Position numbers and translations under genes: made by a program. Under the pieces are notes generated by a model, which saw only the letters and a program-made list of their open reading frames with translations, was not told the DNA's origin and did no database searches. Below are positions 44,148-55,955 of a DNA stretch of 64,000 bases, in pieces. Source of the stretch: Escherichia coli (lineage in GTDB: Bacteria > Pseudomonadota > Gammaproteobacteria > Enterobacterales > Enterobacteriaceae); the NCBI RefSeq assembly GCF_003334305.1, contig NZ_QOWS01000001.1; one strand, 5' to 3'. Within the stretch, counting starts at the first letter, position 1; every line of letters begins with the position of its first letter.

Positions 44148-46874
44148 ATGGCTACAATTCATGTAGACGGCAAAGAATACGAGGTCAACGGAGCGGACAA
44201 CCTGCTGGAAGCTTGTCTGTCTCTGGGCCTTGATATTCCTTACTTTTGCTGGCATCCGGCGCTGGGAAGTGTCGGTGCTTGCCGCCAGTGTGCGGTGAAG
44301 CAATACCAAAACGCGGAAGACACGCGTGGTCGCCTGGTGATGTCCTGTATGACACCGGCTTCCGATGGCACCTTTATTTCCATTGACGACGAAGAAGCGA
44401 AACAGTTCCGTGAAAGCGTGGTCGAGTGGTTGATGACCAACCACCCGCACGACTGTCCGGTATGTGAAGAGGGCGGTAACTGCCATCTTCAGGATATGAC
44501 TGTGATGACCGGACACAGCTTCCGTCGCTACCGTTTCACCAAACGTACCCACCGTAATCAGGATTTGGGGCCATTCATCTCTCACGAAATGAACCGCTGC
44601 ATCGCCTGCTACCGCTGTGTGCGTTACTACAAAGATTACGCTGACGGTACAGATCTGGGCGTTTACGGTGCGCACGACAACGTCTACTTCGGTCGCCCGG
44701 AAGACGGCACGCTGGAAAGCGAATTTTCCGGTAACCTGGTCGAAATTTGCCCGACCGGCGTATTTACCGACAAAACGCACTCCGAGCGTTACAACCGTAA
44801 ATGGGATATGCAGTTTGCGCCGAGCATCTGCCAGCAATGTTCCATCGGCTGTAACATCAGCCCCGGTGAACGTTACGGCGAACTGCGTCGTATCGAAAAC
44901 CGTTACAACGGTACGGTAAACCACTACTTCCTCTGCGACCGTGGTCGTTTCGGTTACGGTTACGTCAACCTGAAAGATCGTCCGCGTCAACCAGTACAGC
45001 GTCGTGGCGATGATTTCATTACCCTCAACGCCGAACAGGCAATGCAGGGCGCGGCAGATATTCTGCGTCAGTCGAAGAAAGTGATCGGTATTGGTTCTCC
45101 GCGTGCCAGCGTGGAAAGCAACTTTGCGCTGCGTGAACTGGTGGGCGAAGAAAACTTCTACACCGGTATCGCTCACGGTGAGCAGGAACGTCTGCAACTG
45201 GCGCTGAAAGTGCTGCGTGAAGGCGGCATTTATACTCCGGCTCTGCGCGAAATCGAATCTTACGATGCGGTACTGGTGCTGGGCGAAGACGTTACCCAGA
45301 CCGGCGCGCGCGTCGCGCTGGCAGTGCGTCAGGCTGTGAAAGGTAAAGCGCGCGAAATGGCGGCAGCACAGAAAGTGGCTGACTGGCAGATTGCGGCAAT
45401 CCTCAACATCGGTCAACGTGCGAAGCATCCGCTGTTTGTTACCAACGTTGATGACACCCGTCTGGATGATATCGCGGCGTGGACTTACCGCGCACCGGTT
45501 GAAGATCAGGCGCGTTTAGGTTTTGCCATCGCCCATGCGCTGGATAACTCTGCGCCAGCGGTTGACGGTATCGAACCTGAGCTGCAAAGCAAAATCGACG
45601 TCATCGTGCAGGCACTGGCAGGTGCGAAGAAACCGTTGATTATCTCCGGGACGAACGCCGGTAGCATAGAGGTGATTCAGGCTGCGGCTAACGTCGCGAA
45701 AGCCCTGAAAGGTCGCGGCGCTGACGTTGGTATCACCATGATTGCCCGTTCCGTCAACAGCATGGGGCTGGGCATTATGGGTGGCGGTTCGCTTGAAGAA
45801 GCGTTGACCGAACTGGAAACCGGACGCGCCGACGCGGTGGTGGTGCTGGAAAACGATCTGCATCGTCACGCTTCCGCTACCCGCGTGAATGCTGCGCTGG
45901 CTAAAGCGCCGCTGGTGATGGTGGTTGATCATCAACGCACAGCGATTATGGAAAACGCCCATCTGGTACTTTCTGCTGCCAGCTTTGCTGAAAGCGACGG
46001 TACGGTGATCAACAACGAAGGCCGCGCCCAACGTTTCTTCCAGGTTTACGATCCTGCTTATTACGACAGCAAAACTGTCATGCTGGAAAGCTGGCGCTGG
46101 TTACACTCGCTGCACAGCACCCTGCTGAGCCGTGAAGTGGACTGGACGCAGCTCGACCATGTGATTGACGCTGTTGTGGCGAAAATCCCGGAACTGGCAG
46201 GTATCAAAGATGCTGCGCCGGATGCGACATTCCGTATTCGTGGGCAGAAACTGGCCCGTGAACCGCACCGTTACAGCGGTCGTACCGCCATGCGCGCCAA
46301 TATCAGCGTTCATGAGCCGCGTCAGCCGCAGGATATTGACACCATGTTCACCTTCTCGATGGAAGGTAACAACCAGCCGACTGCGCACCGTTCGCAAGTG
46401 CCGTTTGCCTGGGCGCCGGGCTGGAACTCCCCGCAGGCGTGGAACAAATTCCAGGACGAAGTGGGCGGCAAACTGCGCTTTGGCGATCCGGGCGTGCGTC
46501 TGTTTGAAACCAGCGAAAATGGTCTGGATTACTTCACCAGCGTACCGGCACGCTTCCAGCCGCAGGACGGGAAATGGCGTATCGCGCCGTATTACCACCT
46601 GTTTGGCAGCGATGAATTGTCACAGCGTGCTCCGGTCTTCCAGAGCCGTATGCCGCAGCCGTACATCAAACTCAACCCAGCGGATGCCGCGAAGTTAGGT
46701 GTGAACGCAGGTACACACGTCTCCTTTAGTTACGATGGCAACACGGTCACGCTGCCGGTTGAAATCGCTGAAGGGCTGACGGCAGGGCAGGTGGGCTTGC
46801 CGATGGGTATGTCCGGTATTGCTCCGGTGCTGGCTGGCGCGCATCTTGAGGATCTCAAGGAGGCACAACAATGA
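44148..46874 (+). CDS. nuoG: NADH-quinone oxidoreductase subunit G
   Basis: Translation from [13 protein letters not shown]… (908 aa) with N-terminal Fe-S clusters. Confidence 0.95.
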
Positions 46875-47848
46875 GTTGGATATCACCGGAACTGATTGAG
46901 ATCCTGCTGACCATCCTCAAAGCGGTGGTGATCCTGCTGGTGGTTGTCACCTGCGGGGCATTCATGAGCTTTGGCGAACGTCGCCTGCTGGGTCTGTTCC
47001 AGAACCGTTACGGACCTAACCGTGTTGGCTGGGGCGGTTCGCTCCAGCTGGTTGCGGACATGATCAAAATGTTCTTTAAAGAAGACTGGATCCCGAAATT
47101 CTCGGATCGCGTCATCTTTACCCTGGCACCGATGATTGCCTTTACCTCGCTGCTGCTGGCCTTTGCGATTGTGCCAGTCAGTCCGGGTTGGGTGGTTGCC
47201 GACCTGAACATCGGGATTTTGTTCTTCCTGATGATGGCAGGTCTGGCGGTTTACGCGGTGCTGTTTGCGGGCTGGTCAAGTAACAACAAATACTCGTTGC
47301 TGGGTGCGATGCGTGCTTCTGCGCAGACCCTGAGCTACGAAGTGTTCCTCGGGCTTTCCCTGATGGGCGTGGTGGCGCAGGCCGGTTCATTCAACATGAC
47401 CGACATCGTCAACAGCCAGGCGCATGTGTGGAACGTTATCCCGCAATTCTTTGGTTTTATTACCTTTGCCATCGCGGGCGTGGCGGTATGTCACCGTCAC
47501 CCGTTTGACCAGCCGGAAGCCGAGCAGGAACTGGCGGATGGTTACCACATTGAATATTCCGGTATGAAGTTCGGTCTGTTCTTCGTGGGTGAGTACATCG
47601 GGATTGTGACCATCTCTGCATTGATGGTGACGCTGTTCTTCGGTGGCTGGCAAGGCCCGTTGTTACCGCCATTCATCTGGTTCGCGCTGAAAACCGCGTT
47701 CTTTATGATGATGTTCATTTTGATTCGTGCGTCGTTACCGCGTCCGCGTTATGACCAGGTAATGTCCTTCGGCTGGAAAATCTGCCTGCCGCTGACGCTG
47801 ATCAACTTGCTGGTAACGGCGGCTGTCATTCTCTGGCAGGCGCAATAA
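46871..47848 (+). CDS. nuoH: NADH-quinone oxidoreductase subunit H
   Basis: 325-aa membrane translation; overlaps the nuoG stop. Confidence 0.95.
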
Positions 47849-47862
47849 GGGGCAATAAGACC

Positions 47863-48405
47863 ATGACCTTAAAAGAATTGTTAGTAGGTTTCGGCACCCA
47901 GGTTCGTAGTATCTGGATGATCGGCCTGCACGCGTTCGCCAAACGCGAAACGCGAATGTACCCGGAAGAGCCGGTCTATCTGCCGCCCCGTTATCGTGGT
48001 CGTATCGTTCTGACCCGCGACCCGGACGGCGAAGAGCGTTGCGTAGCCTGTAACCTCTGCGCGGTAGCCTGCCCGGTCGGCTGTATCTCGCTGCAAAAAG
48101 CAGAAACCAAAGACGGTCGCTGGTACCCGGAATTTTTCCGCATCAACTTCTCACGCTGCATTTTCTGTGGTCTGTGCGAAGAAGCCTGTCCGACCACGGC
48201 GATTCAGTTAACCCCGGATTTCGAAATGGGGGAATACAAGCGCCAGGATCTGGTTTACGAAAAAGAGGATCTGCTGATCTCCGGTCCGGGCAAATACCCG
48301 GAATATAACTTCTACCGGATGGCAGGTATGGCAATCGACGGCAAAGATAAGGGCGAAGCAGAGAACGAAGCCAAGCCTATCGACGTCAAGAGCCTGTTAC
48401 CGTAA
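47863..48405 (+). CDS. nuoI: NADH-quinone oxidoreductase subunit I
   Basis: 180-aa translation with two 4Fe-4S ferredoxin motifs ([21 protein letters not shown]). Confidence 0.95.
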
Positions 48406-48416
48406 GGAGAGGGGCA

Positions 48417-48971
48417 ATGGAGTTCGCTTTTTATATCTGTGGCCTGATAGCCATACTTGCGACCTTGCGAGTGATCACCCATACCAATCCGGTACACGCA
48501 CTGCTGTACCTGATTATTTCGCTGCTGGCGATTTCCGGGGTGTTCTTCTCACTGGGCGCTTACTTCGCCGGTGCGCTGGAAATTATCGTCTACGCGGGTG
48601 CCATTATGGTGCTGTTCGTGTTCGTGGTGATGATGCTCAACCTGGGCGGTTCAGAAATCGAACAGGAACGCCAGTGGCTGAAACCGCAGGTGTGGATTGG
48701 TCCGGCAATTTTGTCGGCCATCATGCTGGTGGTGATTGTTTACGCCATCCTTGGTGTTAATGATCAGGGTATCGACGGTACGCCAATCAGTGCTAAAGCA
48801 GTGGGTATTACGCTGTTCGGGCCTTACGTACTGGCGGTGGAACTGGCTTCTATGCTGCTGCTCGCGGGTCTGGTTGTGGCCTTCCACGTCGGTCGTGAAG
48901 AGCGTGCGGGTGAAGTGCTGAGCAATCGTAAAGACGACAGCGCGAAAAGAAAAACGGAGGAGCACGCATGA
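48417..48971 (+). CDS. nuoJ: NADH-quinone oxidoreductase subunit J
   Basis: 184-aa membrane translation matching NuoJ. Confidence 0.95.
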
Positions 48972-49270
48972 TCCCCTTACAACATGGACTGATCCTCGCG
49001 GCAATCTTATTCGTTCTTGGCTTAACCGGTCTGGTTATCCGTCGCAATCTGCTGTTTATGCTGATTGGTCTGGAAATCATGATTAACGCCTCCGCGCTGG
49101 CCTTTGTGGTCGCCGGAAGCTACTGGGGTCAGACCGACGGTCAGGTGATGTACATTCTCGCCATCAGCCTCGCGGCGGCAGAAGCGAGTATCGGCCTTGC
49201 GCTGCTGCTGCAACTTCACCGTCGTCGCCAGAACCTGAACATCGATTCAGTAAGTGAGATGCGCGGATGA
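48968..49270 (+). CDS. nuoK: NADH-quinone oxidoreductase subunit K
   Basis: 100-aa membrane translation; overlaps the nuoJ stop. Confidence 0.95.
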
Positions 49271-51108
49271 ACATGCTTGCCTTAACCATTATTTTGCCAT
49301 TGATTGGCTTCGTCCTGCTGGCGTTCTCCCGTGGGCGCTGGTCTGAAAACGTTTCGGCGATCGTCGGCGTTGGCTCTGTGGGCCTGGCGGCGCTGGTAAC
49401 CGCCTTTATCGGCGTTGATTTCTTCGCTAACGGCGAGCAGTCATACAGCCAGCCGCTGTGGACGTGGATGTCGGTAGGCGACTTTAACATCGGTTTTAAC
49501 CTGGTGCTGGACGGCCTGTCGCTGACCATGCTCTCGGTGGTCACTGGTGTGGGTTTCCTTATTCACATGTACGCCTCCTGGTACATGCGCGGTGAAGAGG
49601 GCTACTCTCGCTTCTTCGCCTACACCAACCTGTTCATCGCCAGCATGGTAGTTCTGGTTCTCGCCGATAACCTGCTGCTGATGTACCTCGGCTGGGAAGG
49701 CGTGGGCCTGTGCTCCTATCTGCTGATCGGTTTCTATTACACCGATCCGAAGAATGGCGCAGCGGCAATGAAAGCGTTCGTCGTGACCCGTGTGGGTGAC
49801 GTTTTCCTCGCTTTCGCACTGTTCATTCTTTACAACGAACTGGGCACCCTGAACTTCCGCGAAATGGTGGAACTGGCACCAGCGCACTTTGCTGACGGCA
49901 ATAACATGCTGATGTGGGCGACGCTGATGCTGCTGGGCGGTGCGGTCGGTAAATCTGCGCAGTTGCCGTTGCAGACATGGCTTGCTGACGCGATGGCGGG
50001 CCCGACGCCTGTCTCCGCGCTGATCCACGCCGCAACGATGGTAACCGCGGGTGTCTACCTGATCGCCCGTACCCACGGCCTGTTCCTGATGACGCCGGAA
50101 GTTCTGCATCTGGTGGGTATTGTCGGGGCGGTTACGCTGCTGCTGGCCGGTTTTGCCGCGCTGGTACAGACCGACATCAAACGTGTTCTCGCTTACTCTA
50201 CCATGAGCCAGATTGGCTACATGTTCCTCGCGCTTGGCGTGCAGGCATGGGATGCGGCGATTTTCCACTTGATGACTCACGCGTTCTTTAAAGCGCTGCT
50301 GTTCCTGGCATCCGGTTCCGTCATTCTGGCCTGCCATCACGAACAGAACATCTTCAAGATGGGCGGTCTGCGTAAATCTATTCCGCTGGTTTATCTCTGC
50401 TTCCTGGTGGGCGGCGCAGCACTGTCGGCACTACCGCTGGTCACTGCGGGCTTCTTCAGTAAGGATGAGATCCTCGCGGGTGCGATGGCGAATGGTCATA
50501 TCAATCTGATGGTGGCAGGTCTGGTCGGTGCGTTTATGACCTCGCTCTACACCTTCCGTATGATTTTCATCGTCTTCCACGGAAAAGAACAAATTCACGC
50601 TCACGCCGTGAAAGGGGTAACTCACAGCCTGCCGCTGATTGTGCTGCTGATCCTTTCCACCTTCGTTGGCGCACTGATTGTACCGCCGCTGCAGGGCGTG
50701 CTTCCGCAAACGACGGAACTGGCGCACGGCAGCATGTTGACCCTGGAAATTACCTCTGGCGTGGTCGCGGTGGTCGGCATTCTGCTGGCAGCCTGGCTGT
50801 GGCTGGGTAAACGTACTCTGGTGACCTCCATCGCCAACAGTGCGCCGGGCCGTCTGCTGGGCACCTGGTGGTACAACGCCTGGGGATTTGACTGGCTGTA
50901 TGACAAAGTGTTCGTCAAGCCGTTCCTGGGTATTGCCTGGTTGCTGAAACGCGATCCGCTGAACTCAATGATGAACATCCCGGCTGTCCTTTCCCGCTTT
51001 GCAGGTAAAGGTCTGCTGTTAAGTGAGAACGGCTATCTGCGCTGGTATGTGGCATCCATGAGCATCGGTGCGGTCGTGGTGCTGGCACTGTTGATGGTAC
51101 TGCGTTGA
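49267..51108 (+). CDS. nuoL: NADH-quinone oxidoreductase subunit L
   Basis: 613-aa antiporter-like membrane translation. Confidence 0.95.
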
Positions 51109-51146
51109 GTTAAGGATTGTGGGATTGCCCCTGGGCATATAAGAAC

Positions 51147-51182
51147 GTAGGTCGGATAAGCCGCCTTCGCGGTGCATCCGAC
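51147..51182. repeat. REP element inside the nuo operon (nuoL-nuoM intergenic)
   Basis: gtaggtcggataagccgccttcgcggtgcatccgac matches the REP consensus. Confidence 0.7.
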
Positions 51183-51271
51183 ACTACCCCCAGTCCGAAG
51201 AGAATTTTCTGTCGTGAGAATTCGTTGAAAATCCGGTCCTGACGGGACTTTTACAAGGAATAAAGATCGCC

Positions 51272-52801
51272 ATGTTACTACCCTGGCTAATATTAATTCC
51301 CTTTATTGGCGGCTTCCTGTGCTGGCAGACCGAACGCTTTGGCGTCAAGGTGCCGCGCTGGATCGCGCTGATCACCATGGGATTGACGCTGGCGCTGTCG
51401 CTGCAACTGTGGTTGCAGGGCGGTTATTCACTGACGCAATCCGCCGGAATTCCGCAGTGGCAGTCTGAATTCGACATGCCGTGGATCCCGCGTTTTGGTA
51501 TCTCTATTCATCTCGCCATTGACGGTCTGTCGCTGCTGATGGTCGTGCTGACCGGTCTGCTCGGTGTGCTGGCGGTACTCTGTTCGTGGAAAGAGATCGA
51601 AAAATATCAGGGCTTCTTCCACCTCAACCTGATGTGGATCCTGGGCGGCGTTATCGGCGTGTTCCTTGCCATCGACATGTTCCTGTTCTTCTTCTTCTGG
51701 GAAATGATGCTGGTGCCGATGTACTTCCTGATCGCACTGTGGGGGCATAAAGCCTCTGACGGTAAAACGCGTATCACGGCGGCAACCAAGTTCTTCATTT
51801 ACACCCAGGCGAGTGGCCTGGTGATGTTGATTGCCATCCTGGCGCTGGTTTTTGTTCACTACAATGCGACCGGCGTCTGGACCTTCAACTATGAAGAGCT
51901 GCTGAATACGCCAATGTCCAGTGGTGTGGAATACCTGTTAATGCTGGGCTTCTTCATCGCCTTCGCAGTCAAAATGCCGGTGGTTCCGCTGCATGGCTGG
52001 CTGCCGGATGCGCACTCCCAGGCTCCGACCGCCGGTTCCGTTGACCTCGCGGGGATCTTGCTGAAAACTGCCGCTTACGGTTTGCTGCGTTTCTCCCTGC
52101 CGCTGTTCCCGAACGCGTCGGCAGAGTTCGCGCCAATTGCTATGTGGCTGGGTGTTATCGGCATCTTCTACGGTGCGTGGATGGCCTTCGCCCAGACCGA
52201 TATCAAACGTCTGATCGCCTACACCTCGGTTTCCCACATGGGCTTCGTGCTGATTGCTATCTACACCGGCAGCCAGTTGGCCTACCAGGGCGCGGTAATC
52301 CAGATGATTGCGCACGGCTTGTCGGCGGCGGGTCTGTTTATTCTTTGTGGTCAGCTTTATGAACGTATCCATACCCGCGACATGCGCATGATGGGCGGTC
52401 TGTGGAGCAAGATGAAATGGCTGCCAGCACTGTCGCTGTTCTTTGCGGTGGCAACGCTTGGGATGCCTGGCACCGGTAACTTCGTCGGCGAATTTATGAT
52501 TCTGTTCGGCAGCTTCCAGGTTGTCCCGGTGATTACCGTTATCTCTACCTTTGGGCTGGTCTTTGCATCTGTTTATTCGCTGGCGATGTTGCATCGCGCT
52601 TACTTCGGTAAAGCGAAAAGCCAGATTGCCAGCCAGGAACTGCCAGGGATGTCGCTGCGTGAGCTGTTTATGATCCTGTTGCTGGTGGTGCTGCTGGTAC
52701 TGCTGGGCTTCTATCCGCAGCCGATTCTGGATACCTCGCACTCCGCGATTGGCAATATCCAGCAGTGGTTTGTTAATTCCGTTACTACTACAAGGCCGTA
52801 A
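51272..52801 (+). CDS. nuoM: NADH-quinone oxidoreductase subunit M
   Basis: 509-aa antiporter-like membrane translation. Confidence 0.95.
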   Translation: MLLPWLILIPFIGGFLCWQTERFGVKVPRWIALITMGLTLALSLQLWLQGGYSLTQSAGIPQWQSEFDMPWIPRFGISIHLAIDGLSLLMVVLTGLLGVLAVLCSWKEIEKYQGFFHLNLMWILGGVIGVFLAIDMFLFFFFWEMMLVPMYFLIALWGHKASDGKTRITAATKFFIYTQASGLVMLIAILALVFVHYNATGVWTFNYEELLNTPMSSGVEYLLMLGFFIAFAVKMPVVPLHGWLPDAHSQAPTAGSVDLAGILLKTAAYGLLRFSLPLFPNASAEFAPIAMWLGVIGIFYGAWMAFAQTDIKRLIAYTSVSHMGFVLIAIYTGSQLAYQGAVIQMIAHGLSAAGLFILCGQLYERIHTRDMRMMGGLWSKMKWLPALSLFFAVATLGMPGTGNFVGEFMILFGSFQVVPVITVISTFGLVFASVYSLAMLHRAYFGKAKSQIASQELPGMSLRELFMILLLVVLLVLLGFYPQPILDTSHSAIGNIQQWFVNSVTTTRP

Positions 52802-52807
52802 ATCGCC

Positions 52808-54265
52808 ATGACAATAACTCCACAAAACCTGATCGCACTGCTACCGTTGCTGATCGTCGGCTTGACGGTGGTGGTTGTGATGCTCTCCATTGCGTGGCGA
52901 CGCAATCATTTCCTCAACGCTACGCTCTCGGTTATTGGGCTTAACGCGGCGCTGGTTTCGCTCTGGTTTGTCGGCCAGGCGGGCGCTATGGACGTTACGC
53001 CGCTGATGCGCGTTGATGGTTTCGCCATGCTTTACACCGGGCTGGTATTGTTGGCGAGCCTCGCCACCTGTACTTTCGCCTACCCGTGGCTTGAAGGCTA
53101 TAACGACAACAAGGATGAGTTCTACCTGTTGGTGTTAATTGCCGCGCTGGGCGGGATCCTGCTGGCGAATGCCAACCATCTGGCGTCTTTGTTCCTCGGT
53201 ATTGAACTGATCTCTTTGCCGCTGTTTGGCCTGGTCGGTTACGCTTTCCGCCAGAAACGTTCGCTGGAAGCCAGTATCAAATACACCATCCTTTCTGCCG
53301 CAGCGTCTTCTTTCCTGCTGTTTGGTATGGCGCTGGTGTATGCACAGTCTGGCGACCTGTCGTTTGTCGCGCTGGGTAAAAACCTCGGCGACGGTATGCT
53401 CAACGAGCCGCTGTTGCTGGCAGGTTTCGGACTGATGATTGTTGGCCTCGGCTTCAAACTCTCTCTGGTGCCGTTCCACCTGTGGACGCCAGACGTATAC
53501 CAGGGCGCGCCTGCGCCGGTTTCCACTTTCCTGGCGACGGCGAGCAAAATCGCTATCTTCGGTGTGGTGATGCGTCTGTTCCTCTACGCACCGGTGGGTG
53601 ACAGCGAAGCGATTCGGGTAGTGCTGGCGATTATCGCCTTTGCCTCTATCATCTTCGGTAACCTGATGGCGCTGAGCCAGACCAATATCAAACGTCTGCT
53701 CGGTTACTCATCTATCTCTCACCTCGGCTATCTGCTGGTGGCGCTGATTGCGCTGCAAACGGGCGAGATGTCGATGGAAGCGGTAGGAGTTTACCTGGCC
53801 GGTTATCTGTTCAGCAGCCTCGGCGCGTTCGGCGTGGTCAGCCTGATGTCCAGCCCGTACCGTGGCCCGGATGCTGATTCCCTGTTCTCTTACCGCGGTC
53901 TGTTCTGGCATCGCCCGATCCTCGCGGCGGTGATGACGGTGATGATGCTGTCTCTGGCCGGTATTCCGATGACGCTGGGCTTTATTGGTAAGTTCTACGT
54001 GCTGGCGGTCGGTGTCCAGGCACACTTGTGGTGGCTGGTGGGCGCCGTGGTTGTCGGTTCGGCAATCGGCCTTTACTACTACCTGCGCGTGGCGGTGAGC
54101 CTGTACCTGCACGCCCCGGAACAACCGGGTCGCGATGCACCGTCAAACTGGCAGTACAGCGCAGGCGGTATCGTGGTGCTGATCTCTGCACTGTTGGTAC
54201 TGGTGCTGGGTGTATGGCCACAACCGCTGATTAGCATTGTGCGGTTAGCAATGCCGCTGATGTAA
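52808..54265 (+). CDS. nuoN: NADH-quinone oxidoreductase subunit N
   Basis: 485-aa antiporter-like membrane translation. Confidence 0.95.
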
Positions 54266-54289
54266 GCTATCAGTTTGTAAGTCAGAAAG

Positions 54290-54317
54290 CCGCCGACATG
54301 TTCGGCGGTTTTTTTTG
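54290..54317 (+). terminator. Rho-independent terminator of the nuo operon
   Basis: ccgccga-catgt-tcggcgg stem-loop followed by a T8 run. Confidence 0.75.
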
Positions 54318-54331
54318 GTGCCCTGACACCA

Positions 54332-54835
54332 TCACCCAACAATAACCGTCAGCGCATGATTCCCTTGTCGCAGCATACGTCGATACGCGCTAATCAGCTT
54401 TTCCATATCAAGCATGATCGAAGCAAAGAGTTGCCCCTCTAACTCTTCTGAAAAGGTCACTCCCGGATAAATCTCCATTTCATTGAGTCGCTTAATGGAA
54501 AACTGTTTACGCAGCTCACTTCGATCCAGTGATTCCAGTCGGTCGATTGTCGCGGCTAACTCCTGATTCCAGGTCAATCCCAGGAAGCCATCTATGCCAT
54601 CTTCGAGGCTGTGTTCACCAAGCACGGCACGACTCAGCGGATCATTCTTCGCGGGATCAAAAGCAGAGGTGCCTGTCAGCCCAAAGTGTAAAAAATCCCA
54701 GCGTTTATCAATATCCAGTCGGCGTAATCCTGAAAGCGTGTCATGTATATTATCCATCAAAGGTTTTTCAGTAGACTCAAGCAGTTGGTTAATCTTTTCT
54801 GAGTCAATTTCTGCAAAATAACCAATCATTCCCAT
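54332..54835 (-). CDS. yfbM: DUF1877-family protein YfbM
   Basis: 167-aa translation matching YfbM. Confidence 0.8.
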   Translation of the reverse strand: MGMIGYFAEIDSEKINQLLESTEKPLMDNIHDTLSGLRRLDIDKRWDFLHFGLTGTSAFDPAKNDPLSRAVLGEHSLEDGIDGFLGLTWNQELAATIDRLESLDRSELRKQFSIKRLNEMEIYPGVTFSEELEGQLFASIMLDMEKLISAYRRMLRQGNHALTVIVG

Positions 54836-54960
54836 TTATTTTTCCTCCATTGAATTTTATGTTTCGCATCTTAAAACAGACGAGGGAAAATAAAATGTAC
54901 ATGTCGCTGTTTCTGGACCCGCCTCGAGAAATTTTTATTATTTACTGTTGTGTAACAAGG

Positions 54961-55567
54961 TTATAACACCATCTGAGCCATTTTCTGATAATTCAATCTG
55001 TCTGCTGTATCACCGGGCAAGTGGTATTGTTTATTACGATAAAAAGCGGTGTCAGTAATCATTACGGCGGGAATATCGTGTTGCCAATAATTCAGGTGGT
55101 CAGAGAAATCAATACCGGGAATAAACCATGGGGCATTCATAGAATAAACAGATAAATCCCGGGATGATAACAATGCCGTTTTTACCTGACGAACGGCGTT
55201 GATATCCTGTATTCTGCCGACCAGGCAATAAAGTCCCCCCGATCGGGATAAAGCCAGGACATTGCGGGTAAGGGTAATCCTGGCTACCAGGCGCAGAGTC
55301 GTAATAGCCAATCGGGGACGCCCTGCGCGGTAACTCTGGCACCGCTACTGACAAAGAACTCTTTTATATACTCTACGGACCTATTCAGATTATCAATATT
55401 GTCGGCATTACGTGGATGCACAGTTTGTGTAAGATAACGAACTGTTTTTTCTAATTGCTCAGGACTGACGTGTCGGGGCGTTGGCGATAATGCAGTGACC
55501 CAGGGTTGGTAAAAATAATCAGAGGGAGTGAAATCAGAAATAATATAACAAAAGGATTTTTTTTCAT
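54961..55567 (-). pseudogene. yfbL: Remnant of an M28-family peptidase gene (yfbL-like): frameshifted at an A8 run next to the ATG and internally shortened
   Basis: ATG at 55567-55565 is followed by an 8-nt A run and a stop after 38 codons. A different frame is open for about 95 codons (…SFCYIISDFTPSDYFYQPWVTALSPTPRHVSPEQLEKTVRYL…) but has no start. A third frame encodes a 116-aa M28-like C-terminus (…GIDFSDHLNYWQHDIPAVMITDTAFYRNKQYHLPGDTADRL…). Total span is about 600 bp, versus roughly 970 bp for the intact gene as I recall it. Confidence 0.6.
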
Positions 55568-55905
55568 ATATAAATTATCAATAAAAGACGTTATTTTATC
55601 ATTATTTATAATGAGTTATGAGTGTTTGTTTTATTACGGTTGTTAGATCTATACAAAAAGTATCTTTTACAGTGGCTTCGCTATTTTAAAAAGGAATTCA
55701 TATAAGGAAAAATATAATTATGTTATTTATTGGCAGATTGAGTTGACAGGGGGCAGAACTCTGAGGGTAAGAAAAGTCAGCAACAACAATCCACTACATC
55801 AACAGACCAGCAATCGCGTGCCGAGATACGCTGGAAATACCCGAAGATTGAACTGGCGGATGGTGTGACTGACATCAGTCAGTGATGACTTTTTAGCAAA
55901 CTATG

Positions 55906-55939
55906 TTCGACCAGTCAGCATATTTGCTGACTGGTCGAA
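55906..55939. other. Perfect 15-bp stem / 4-nt loop hairpin 17 bp downstream of the elaD stop
   Basis: ttcgaccagtcagca-tatt-tgctgactggtcgaa; likely a convergent or bidirectional terminator. Confidence 0.55.
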
Positions 55940-55955
55940 TTAATTAACTATGATG

